Assembly (NCBI GenBank): GCA_013287265.1 | Contig: JABDEC010000002.1 | Location: 10,105-74,104, forward strand | Origin: Candidatus Babelota bacterium | GTDB taxonomy: Bacteria > Babelota > Babeliae > Babelales > JABDEC01 | Length of the DNA: 64,000 bases | Direction of reading: 5' to 3' | Part shown: positions 16,437 to 24,463 of the stretch, piece after piece | Position numbering within the stretch: the stretch's first letter is position 1 | Layout: every line of letters begins with the position of its first letter | Position numbers and translations under genes: made by a program | The notes under the pieces: generated by a model | What the model was told of the DNA's origin: nothing | What the model saw: only the letters and a program-made list of their open reading frames with translations | Databases searched by the model: none

Positions 16437-17516
16437 ATGCAAAATAAAAAGTACGCAATTTTATTTTTTATTTATTTTAATATTGTATGCAAAAATTATA
16501 TTACTAATGATGTTTCAGTTCAACTTGGTGATGGATTAATTAATTTCTCCATTGCAAAAATCCTAGCTTTAAAGTACCCAGATAAAATCGAACTTCTTTA
16601 TAGACCATTTATGCATCATGAATTGTTTGCTTTAGAAACATGTGAAAAAAAATTAGATTATAATTCACAATTTTCAAAAACTGTTTTTGTAAGAAGTGAT
16701 GAAGACATTATAAATAATAAAGAAGATAATGTTTTGTTTATTGCAACACTCGGAACTAAGGTAAACTCAATTGATGATTCATTAATTAAAGAATTAAAAA
16801 AAGTAGTTAAACTTAAAAAAATTCCAAAAATTAACGAACTTCCCGATGATTTAATTACTGTAGCCGTGCATATCAGAAAAGGAAATGGTGGCGGAGCAAT
16901 TTATGATGGCGAACAATCTTCTTTGCAGATTTTTGATTTTGAACGATCGCAAGTAAAATATGTTAACGATTTTTTTAATTATCCATTTGATTGGGAATCT
17001 TATCAAAGAAAAGACAATATTTTAAATAATATTCAATTAAAAAATTATAAAGATTATGCAGAAAAATGGACTTGCGAAGGGAAACCAAGAGACAGAGTTG
17101 ATTACTTTCAAGTTAAATTACCACCGGATCAATTTTACATTGATCAGATAAAAAAATTATCACATGATTTAAACAATTCAAAATTATTTGTGCAAATTTT
17201 TACTGATGATAGAAATCCATTTGAATTATTAGAAAGAATAAAAGAAAATATAAATTTACCGAATGTAACAATTTGTTATGAAAACAATTGGCAATTTTCA
17301 TTTCATGAAAGAGTTGAACAAGATTTATTCGGTCTTTCAAGAACGGATATTCTAATACGTCCACAATCTAATTTTTCCAGAATGGCAGAATTAATTGGAA
17401 ATCATAAAATAGTTATTTATCCTTTAGAGTTTTCATGGGTTGAAAACAATAAATTAGTTATGGATAAAATTGTGATTAAAGGCAATATAGATAATCTAAA
17501 AAATAAAAATGCTTAA
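16437..17516 (+). CDS. GT11-like/fucosyltransferase-superfamily glycosyltransferase (divergent)
   Basis: LGDGLINFSIAKILALKY (compare GGLGNQxFqyA), VAVHIRKGNGGG (HxRxG), DLFGLSRTDILIRPQSNFSRMAE (motif III-like). Confidence 0.55.
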   Translation: MQNKKYAILFFIYFNIVCKNYITNDVSVQLGDGLINFSIAKILALKYPDKIELLYRPFMHHELFALETCEKKLDYNSQFSKTVFVRSDEDIINNKEDNVLFIATLGTKVNSIDDSLIKELKKVVKLKKIPKINELPDDLITVAVHIRKGNGGGAIYDGEQSSLQIFDFERSQVKYVNDFFNYPFDWESYQRKDNILNNIQLKNYKDYAEKWTCEGKPRDRVDYFQVKLPPDQFYIDQIKKLSHDLNNSKLFVQIFTDDRNPFELLERIKENINLPNVTICYENNWQFSFHERVEQDLFGLSRTDILIRPQSNFSRMAELIGNHKIVIYPLEFSWVENNKLVMDKIVIKGNIDNLKNKNA

Positions 17517-18345
17517 ATTTAAAATATTCTTAATTTCATTACTTTTTAATTTAAAAATAATATTTAGCCAGGAAGTTATTACTAATGCTAATAGAATAAA
17601 TCCTGATGGCTTTGGTTCTCAATTACAGGAAATTGTTGCTGCTGTTATTTATGCTGAATTGGAAAATAAAAAATTTGTTTATACACCATTTGAAAAAATG
17701 GAACATAATTACGATAGTGATCCGGAATATATAACAAAAAAAGAATGGTTAATTAATTTCAAAGATAATTTTGAAATTAATAAAGATAATAATGCAAAAA
17801 TGTTATATAGCAGAAAACCATTTTTGGATGATAATATAAATAGATGCGCCAATTGTCCGGCATTAAAAAAAATTCGACAAATTTTTAAAGCAAACAAAGA
17901 TATAAATAATTATATTAATTCTGAAGTTTTTAATATTGCGATTCACATTAGAAGAGCATACAATCCAGTTGATAAAGGCGGCGTTCTAAATCCAAATTAT
18001 CCTGATGATTTTTACATGAAAATTATAAATAAACTAAGACAAATATATTCGTCAAAAAATCCATTATTTCATATTTTTTCACAAGGTAAAGATGAAAAAT
18101 TTAAAAGTTTCATTGCAGATGATATTGTTTTACATTTAGATGAACCATTAGAAAGAACTTTCTGCGCATTAGTTTTTGCAGATATTTTAGTAACTTCTCC
18201 AAGTTCTTTTGGTTATTCGGCAGGTTTATTATCTGAAAATATAGTTTATTATGCACCTTTCTGGCACAGACCATTACCAGATTGGATTTCAACAGATACA
18301 CTTTTTGAAAATAATGAAAAAATTTATCTTACTACAGTCAAATAA
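17509..18345 (+). CDS. GT11-like glycosyltransferase paralog (stand-alone)
   Basis: DGFGSQLQ, IAIHIRRAYNPVD, FHIFSQG, ERTFCALVFADILVTSPSSFGY. Confidence 0.75.
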   Translation: MLKFKIFLISLLFNLKIIFSQEVITNANRINPDGFGSQLQEIVAAVIYAELENKKFVYTPFEKMEHNYDSDPEYITKKEWLINFKDNFEINKDNNAKMLYSRKPFLDDNINRCANCPALKKIRQIFKANKDINNYINSEVFNIAIHIRRAYNPVDKGGVLNPNYPDDFYMKIINKLRQIYSSKNPLFHIFSQGKDEKFKSFIADDIVLHLDEPLERTFCALVFADILVTSPSSFGYSAGLLSENIVYYAPFWHRPLPDWISTDTLFENNEKIYLTTVK

Positions 18346-19195
18346 ATTTATTTTAATTTTATTAATGAATTTTTCTTTGGTTAAAGGTTTTACACCAATA
18401 ATCCAACTTCCTTTTGATAACTCTTTAGCTTTTCTTAATTTTATAAAAAAATATTTACCTGAAAATCCAATAATAATAGAGGCTGGCGCGTGTGAGGGTA
18501 ATGATACAATTTTAATGGCGAAAATTTGGCAAAATTCAACTATTCATACTTTTGAACCTGTTCCAAAACTTTATGCGGAATTAAGAAATAAGGTATATCC
18601 AGCCTACGCTAAAGCTTCGGCGGATTCTCCTGCAATTTATTGCACAGATAAAATCCTCGGTGCTTCTGCTCCGGAGAAAATATTTACTTATAATTTAGCA
18701 TTAAGTGATAAAACAGAAGTTACAAAAATGTATATTTCTAAAAATAAGAAACATTCAGAAGAATTTTCTGGTTCAAGCTCACTCTTAAAACCGAAATTCC
18801 ATTTAATTTGCCACCCTAATATAACATTTGAAGAAGAAATTTTAGTACAAGCAATAACTTTAAATGAGTGGGCAAATCAAAACAAAATAGAAAAAGTTGA
18901 TTTATTATGGCTAGATATTCAAGGAAAAGAATTGCCTGTTTTAAAACATGCACAAAATATTTTGAAAAATTTAAAAGTTTTAGTAATTGAAGTTGAAATG
19001 ATTGATTTGTATGAAAAACAAAATTTATTTATTGAAACAAAAGAGTGGATTGAAAAAAATGGATTTACATTAGTAGCATGCGATTTTATAAATCGACTTT
19101 GTTATAGCGGAAATGCAGTTTTTGTAAAAAGGGAAAATAATGATAAAAATTTTGCTCAGCCTGATATTAATTTCAACAAAATTATCTGCAAATAA
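18314..19195 (+). CDS. FkbM-family methyltransferase carrying a 27-codon in-frame element insertion
   Basis: IIIEAGACEGNDTILMA..IHTFEPVP...LWLDIQGKELPVLKHA..LVIEVE. The start is uncertain (18251, 18314 or 18365); 18314 gives the signal-like N-terminus MKKFILLQSNKFILILLM. Confidence 0.7.
   Translation: MKKFILLQSNKFILILLMNFSLVKGFTPIIQLPFDNSLAFLNFIKKYLPENPIIIEAGACEGNDTILMAKIWQNSTIHTFEPVPKLYAELRNKVYPAYAKASADSPAIYCTDKILGASAPEKIFTYNLALSDKTEVTKMYISKNKKHSEEFSGSSSLLKPKFHLICHPNITFEEEILVQAITLNEWANQNKIEKVDLLWLDIQGKELPVLKHAQNILKNLKVLVIEVEMIDLYEKQNLFIETKEWIEKNGFTLVACDFINRLCYSGNAVFVKRENNDKNFAQPDINFNKIICK
18596..18676. repeat. GC-rich palindromic element, copy D, inserted in frame (81 nt) in the FkbM gene
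   Basis: Its ends resemble copy C: CCAGCCTACGCT vs CCAGCCTTCGCT, and TTCTGCTCCGGAGAA vs TTCTGGCGACGGAGAA. Central palindrome TGCAAT-TT-ATTGCA. Encodes YPAYAKASADSPAIYCTDKILGASAPE. Confidence 0.65.
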
Positions 19196-20126
19196 TTTTA
19201 AATCCTTTCCAATTCAATATTCGATTCCATCAATAAAAATTGTTAAAGAAATTCCTAAAAAAACACAAGATTTCGCGAATGCAACTCCTGGAGTTGGTCC
19301 AGGCGGTAATGTTAATAATTATATTTATAATAAAGAAGAAGATTATTATGCAGATTACCAAAGATCTTATTTTGGCTTAACAAAATGCAAAGGCGGTTGG
19401 GATTGCCCTAGGCATTATGAAATTTTAGCAAATGGCTGCATTCCTTATTTTATTGACCTTGATAAATGCCCAAAAAATACAATGCTTTTTTTACCAAAAG
19501 ATTTAATAAAAGAGGCTATGAATTTAGATGGTGTTTCTTATATGAAAATTGATCACTCTAAATTTAATAAAGATAAATATTTTGAACTTTTAAATAAAAT
19601 TTTAGAACACACTAAGAAATATTTAACTTGCGATAAAATGGCAGAATATGTTTTAAAAACAGTAAATTATTCCGGCAAAGGCAAAATCTTATTATTATCT
19701 TTGGAGCACCTTTATGAACCACACGAAAGGGCAGAATATTTAAGAGATTTGGTAACTATAGGCCTTAAACAAATATTAGGCGAAAAATTAGTAGATGAAC
19801 CAAAAATTACATTTTTATATAAAAACTATGAAAAAGATGTAAGTCAACTCTATGGTAGAGGTTTTACTTATACAAAAATTCTTGATGATATTCCAACAGA
19901 TAGAACAAACATAAAAGAAAGAATTAAAAACCATGAATTTGAATTTATAATTTTTACAAGTGTTCATGATGCCTACGGCCAAGCCTTCGATTTAAATTTT
20001 GCGCGACAATATTACAAACCTGAAGAAATTATTTTCTTATGCGGAGTTGAAGGTGGAATCTGGGGTTATAATTGTTGGTTTACTGGACAAGTAAATAATT
20101 TATTTATCAGAGAATATTTTTTGTAA
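19140..20126 (+). CDS. Hypothetical exported protein with an exostosin/GT-B-like motif (possible glycosyltransferase)
   Basis: YFGLTKCKGGWDCPRHYEILANGCIPYFIDLD resembles FCLxPxG....R..EAxxxGCIPV of GT47-type enzymes. Signal-like N-terminus. Weak assignment. Confidence 0.35.
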   Translation: MIKILLSLILISTKLSANNFKSFPIQYSIPSIKIVKEIPKKTQDFANATPGVGPGGNVNNYIYNKEEDYYADYQRSYFGLTKCKGGWDCPRHYEILANGCIPYFIDLDKCPKNTMLFLPKDLIKEAMNLDGVSYMKIDHSKFNKDKYFELLNKILEHTKKYLTCDKMAEYVLKTVNYSGKGKILLLSLEHLYEPHERAEYLRDLVTIGLKQILGEKLVDEPKITFLYKNYEKDVSQLYGRGFTYTKILDDIPTDRTNIKERIKNHEFEFIIFTSVHDAYGQAFDLNFARQYYKPEEIIFLCGVEGGIWGYNCWFTGQVNNLFIREYFL

Positions 20127-20133
20127 TCTTTAT

Positions 20134-21015
20134 TTATCTCTTAATAAACTCCGGAACAATTTCCATATGTGGTGATCTGTTATCTAATTTGTGATACAAA
20201 GAAAAATCTATTTTTAATCCCATGTTGAATATTTCAAGCAACTCTTCATTAGAATAAAGCTTCATGTTTCTATTTAAGCTGTTGTGACAAATATTTAATG
20301 GAATGTTAACAATTTTTGAATCTTTAAAAAATAAACAATTTTTTGAAAAATCTGCTAAATAAGACCACAACAGTTCAAAATCATTCGGGTAGCTCATATT
20401 TAATTTTTCTAAATCAGATTTTATTTCTGATTTTTTATAAATGCTCATATCAACATTATTTGGATATGCCCAAGGGCACCATTGGAAAAATTGCCCATCA
20501 CTTAAATTGTATTGATGCATGTCACTTTCGACTGAAATGTTTTTAGGCAAAGGACATTTTTTTTGTAACATGTAACATTCTTTTATATTCATTCCTAAGC
20601 GCAAAAAAAATGCATATGAATTAGTTTTTTTTAAACTTGAGACGCATTGTGAAATATCAAAGTAATCTTTAACAACAATATCATCTACAGCAAAAACGAT
20701 ATAATCGGATGGTGATTCACTGAAATATTTTAATGTTAATATTTTAAAATCATGCGCAGGAGAATTTCCTTGTTTGTGAAAATTATATTTATTAAACCGT
20801 GAAATTAATTGTTCATAAGCAGTTGAAAACTTCTCATTATCTGAACGATAAATTATATGAACTTCGCCCAAATTTAAAATATATTTTTCAATTGATTCTA
20901 ATAAAGCAAACAGTTGCAAAGGACGGTGGTAAGAGTAAATAATTAAATCTGCTTTATCGGCAAATAAATTTTTAAATAAAATTAAGATTAAGAAAATTAA
21001 TTTTTTGCTTCGCAT
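20134..21015 (-). CDS. Putative GT-A-fold glycosyltransferase (paralog of 2336..3232, inverted)
   Basis: DLIIYSYHRPLQLFALLESIEKY, FAVDDIVV, AFFLRLGMNIKECYM. Colinear with 2336..3232. Confidence 0.55.
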   Translation of the reverse strand: MRSKKLIFLILILFKNLFADKADLIIYSYHRPLQLFALLESIEKYILNLGEVHIIYRSDNEKFSTAYEQLISRFNKYNFHKQGNSPAHDFKILTLKYFSESPSDYIVFAVDDIVVKDYFDISQCVSSLKKTNSYAFFLRLGMNIKECYMLQKKCPLPKNISVESDMHQYNLSDGQFFQWCPWAYPNNVDMSIYKKSEIKSDLEKLNMSYPNDFELLWSYLADFSKNCLFFKDSKIVNIPLNICHNSLNRNMKLYSNEELLEIFNMGLKIDFSLYHKLDNRSPHMEIVPEFIKR

Positions 21016-22241
21016 TGTTGTTGCTGCCTTATGACTTGTCTTGCTTCCATATAAGTTGCTAAATTTCTATAAAGTTGCGCGATATCGGGCCTTGAATTTA
21101 ATGCAGCGCGCGTGGCAATTTCACCTGCTTCAACATCGCCCGCGTACCATGCAGATTTGCTTATAACTTCGTATCTTGAAAAATCATAAACTTCTTTATC
21201 CACAAATAAAAACTCATTTTTTGGATATGGCAAATCTAAAGTTCTTCTTGCAAACACATAACAAAGCGCTTTGTTATCTGGCCAATAATGCTCTGCAATT
21301 TTTAATAACGGTTCTGCTCTATGAGGACGCATCTTAAACGCCGTAGTATAATTTTCATATGCCTGATGCCATGTAAAATTTTTATCAGATTTGGATAATT
21401 CTTCAATAACTCTGGCTAATCTGTAAAAAGTTTCATAATCTTCTTCATCCCACCCTTTTTTTGTTGAGCGGATTTCATAATACTTATGGGAATTTTTTAA
21501 ATCACCAAGACATTCAAAAGTTTGTGCTAAATAAAATAAACTTCTTGTGTCATTTGGATCTTGTTGAACCTTTTTTAATAAAATTTCCCTATCTCTTTCC
21601 CAACGTTTTGTAGATTTTTCAAGACCAAATTTACTTGAACCAAGTTCAAAATAAACTTCTCTGGGAACTTTGATCTTTGTGATTGCGTTTGGTACTTCAT
21701 GAACGGCACCGACAAATCTCACGTTAAAATTGTTTCTGAGTAAACGAACATGATAAAAATCAATTTTAGGGTTAAAAATTCTTATTAAATATGCAGCATG
21801 CGTAATATCATTTTTATTTAATTCACAAAAATCTAAAAGTCCTTTTACATTATGCATATACCATTCAGCATCAGGCATTAAAAAAAAGGTAGCATTTGGA
21901 AATTTTTGTTCTGCAAATTCAAGAGCTTTATTACGAGAGATTGCAAAATCTACAAACGGTTCTTGTACAATATAACCACTTTTTACTTTATTTTTCTCAA
22001 AAAAATCTCTCACAGTTGCTATTGTGTTGTCAGTTGAACCGGTATCTAAAACTAAAAATGAATCAACTCCGGCTTTTACATAAGGGTCTAAAGTTGCATT
22101 AATTACTTTTTCTTCATTTTTTATCATTATTACAACTACTAATAATGGATCATGTTTAGATTGTACATGTAATTTAGTTTCATTACCGAAAATATTATTG
22201 ATGAAAAATAAGCTAAGTAAAAATAAATTTTTGTTAATCAT
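20997..22241 (-). CDS. GT2-type glycosyltransferase with a C-terminal TPR-like domain
   Basis: LLVVVIMIKNEEKVINATLDPYVKAGVDSFLVLDTGSTDNT is the typical MxKNE...DTGSTD GT2 subgroup signature. The C-terminal half is helical repeats (LFYLAQTFECLGDLKNSHKYYE). Confidence 0.75.
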   Translation of the reverse strand: MINKNLFLLSLFFINNIFGNETKLHVQSKHDPLLVVVIMIKNEEKVINATLDPYVKAGVDSFLVLDTGSTDNTIATVRDFFEKNKVKSGYIVQEPFVDFAISRNKALEFAEQKFPNATFFLMPDAEWYMHNVKGLLDFCELNKNDITHAAYLIRIFNPKIDFYHVRLLRNNFNVRFVGAVHEVPNAITKIKVPREVYFELGSSKFGLEKSTKRWERDREILLKKVQQDPNDTRSLFYLAQTFECLGDLKNSHKYYEIRSTKKGWDEEDYETFYRLARVIEELSKSDKNFTWHQAYENYTTAFKMRPHRAEPLLKIAEHYWPDNKALCYVFARRTLDLPYPKNEFLFVDKEVYDFSRYEVISKSAWYAGDVEAGEIATRAALNSRPDIAQLYRNLATYMEARQVIRQQQQCEAKN

Positions 22242-22317
22242 TGATAAATCTCTTTTTTAAAAAATGAATAAAACCATTTATTTAATAACAAAAATTTTGA
22301 AAAAAGAATAGTAAATT

Positions 22318-24171
22318 TTAATATGAAAAACCACCCTGAAGCATAACACCCCATTGATCCAAGGCTTTATTATTATTGCCAAATTCAACTTCTCCGGCAA
22401 TTTGGATAAAATAAGGATGTTTGCATCCGCAATTTTCATAACCAATTGCGCCAAAAATTTTATTGGACAGAGCAGTTGGATGTAATGGTGCAGTAAAATC
22501 AATATCGCAAGCAGTTAAAAATACTGTTGTCGGGCAACCGCTTGAGTCTTCATCAGGCACAAATGGATTTGAAAGTGTTGCCTGGCTTGCAGTCTGGAAA
22601 TTAGATGCGCAAACTCTGGTTTCTTCGCAAGTAAATGGTGTTGATTGTGAAAGAGGCAGATCTGCCTTTATTCCAAAACTATTTTCAGCAAAATTTCTAA
22701 AACAAACTTTGTCGTCTCTTTTTTCTTTGGTACGAATCCAGAAATTGTAACCTAAATTTGCAATAAAATTACAATGCTTGTATTGAAACATAAGCGAGCC
22801 ATCAAACATAATATCTGCACCAATTCCTGTTTCACCAGTTAAAATATTGGCCACTCTGTCTGCACCAATGACATTAGCGCCATCTGTTATTCCGGTAAAT
22901 ACAAATTGTTTTAATAAAAGATATTGACTGCCTGCGCCATTATTTTTTAATGCAAAAACTCTTGTTTGTTTTGATTTAAACAGATGAGTTAAGAAAGAAT
23001 TACAGAACAAAGTTATTTTTCTGTCATTATTATCACACAAAATTGATGAGCCGTAAAAACCAAGACCTAACTGCCACGATTTGTTTGCACCAACAATAGG
23101 TTCAAAAACAAATTTTCCTTTTGGTTTATTACCTGTAGGAATTACTACGTGCAAAAAGAGAGAAAAATCACCGCATTCATTATTTAGAAAATCATAACCA
23201 AGATCAAAATTTATCGCTGCAAGACCAGTTTTTGATTGACTGCAATTTGATAATTTTGCCGATTGAAGGCAAGGAACTTCACCAAACGGTTCATCGCCCA
23301 ATAATGCTTGATAAATATTTTCATATGGCGCCTGTGTCGTAGAACAATCTAAAGTAAACAAGCCTGAAGGAAATTCACATTCAGTTGAATTATCTTCTAC
23401 AACGCAAAGATTTAAATTTGTTTTTGTATGAGCCACAATAAAATCTACTTGAGTCCAAAGACCACAAGTTATTTCATCCAAATTGAATCTCAAATTCAGT
23501 TCCGCAATAAAATTTTTAATTTCAGGATTCATGCAGACTTTTCCTACTAAACCGCTGGTTACAGTCGTTGTAATAGTTGTTGCAAGACATAAACCAAATT
23601 GTTCAGCATCAACATCGAAAGATTCAGTTGGACTTACAATTCCTAAAGTAAAACAGTCTGAACAATTAAAAGAAAACCATTTTGCTAAATCATTTTTATT
23701 AAAAGATTGTTGCCATTCAAAAGTTAAGGCAAAGAAATGGCAGGGATTATCAACTAAAACAATAGATTTGGTTATTTCCTCTTTTAAAACTGGTTGTTTT
23801 TCCTGCACAAAAACTGGTGAATCTGATGCTTCTGCCGTAATTTCAATATTCTCTTCTTTTTCAATTTTTTGCATCACAATTTCTTTTGTAATCGATTTTT
23901 TCTTATTTTTCCAATTGGATAAAGCTAATAATCTTCTTGCTGAATTTGAATCTTGCGGACGAATGGAGAAAAAGGTTTTTCCATAAACATCCGAACCATT
24001 ATTGTTTTTATTTGTATTACAATCTTTAGAACATTTGAACGTGCCATTATCAGTACATTCTGATGGGCATGAAATACAATTATTTTCAAAACAATTGGAA
24101 TTATCCGAATATAAAAGAAGCTGCATATTCAAGATGATAAAGAAAAATAAAATTTTAAATTTAAATTTCAT
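22318..24171 (-). CDS. Cysteine-rich outer-membrane beta-barrel protein (porin/MOMP-like)
   Basis: Signal peptide. Cys-rich N-terminal module (CFENNCISCPSECTDNGTFKCSKDC). Alternating beta-strand patterns. C-terminus ...WGVMLQGGFSY ends in an aromatic residue, as in OMP sorting signals. 29 Cys by my count. Confidence 0.6.
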   Translation of the reverse strand: MKFKFKILFFFIILNMQLLLYSDNSNCFENNCISCPSECTDNGTFKCSKDCNTNKNNNGSDVYGKTFFSIRPQDSNSARRLLALSNWKNKKKSITKEIVMQKIEKEENIEITAEASDSPVFVQEKQPVLKEEITKSIVLVDNPCHFFALTFEWQQSFNKNDLAKWFSFNCSDCFTLGIVSPTESFDVDAEQFGLCLATTITTTVTSGLVGKVCMNPEIKNFIAELNLRFNLDEITCGLWTQVDFIVAHTKTNLNLCVVEDNSTECEFPSGLFTLDCSTTQAPYENIYQALLGDEPFGEVPCLQSAKLSNCSQSKTGLAAINFDLGYDFLNNECGDFSLFLHVVIPTGNKPKGKFVFEPIVGANKSWQLGLGFYGSSILCDNNDRKITLFCNSFLTHLFKSKQTRVFALKNNGAGSQYLLLKQFVFTGITDGANVIGADRVANILTGETGIGADIMFDGSLMFQYKHCNFIANLGYNFWIRTKEKRDDKVCFRNFAENSFGIKADLPLSQSTPFTCEETRVCASNFQTASQATLSNPFVPDEDSSGCPTTVFLTACDIDFTAPLHPTALSNKIFGAIGYENCGCKHPYFIQIAGEVEFGNNNKALDQWGVMLQGGFSY

Positions 24172-24463
24172 ACTCTCTCTTTTTTTATAAATAGTTCAAA
24201 ATAATGCAATAATAAAAATAGTATTATTTTTTTGGATAGGCAAGTTGTTAAAAGTTCTTTAATTATCAAAATATAAAATTTACAACATTTTCACATAGAA
24301 ATAATTTTAATTATTTAAAATATATAAGTATAAATAAAAATTTAAGCAAAGAAATATTTTATAATCATTTTTATTTATTACCGATTAAATTATTGATTTT
24401 ATCTAATTCAATTTATTATTTTATAATAGTAAATATATTTTAAAGAAAGGCGTGTGAGAGTTT

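Noticed and set aside
5700-18345. Repeated ~800-nt units, checked as a possible CRISPR-like or tandem-repeat array
   Set aside because: The repeats are diverged protein-coding paralogs (GT11-like domains), not short direct repeats with spacers. I saw no CRISPR array anywhere in the window.
22278-24190. Track ORFs 22278..22502 (-), 22463..22750 (+), 23483..23986 (+) and 24002..24190 (+)
   Set aside because: They are in an alternative frame or antisense within the relatively GC-richer OMP gene 22318..24171. They have no RBS and no recognisable motifs.
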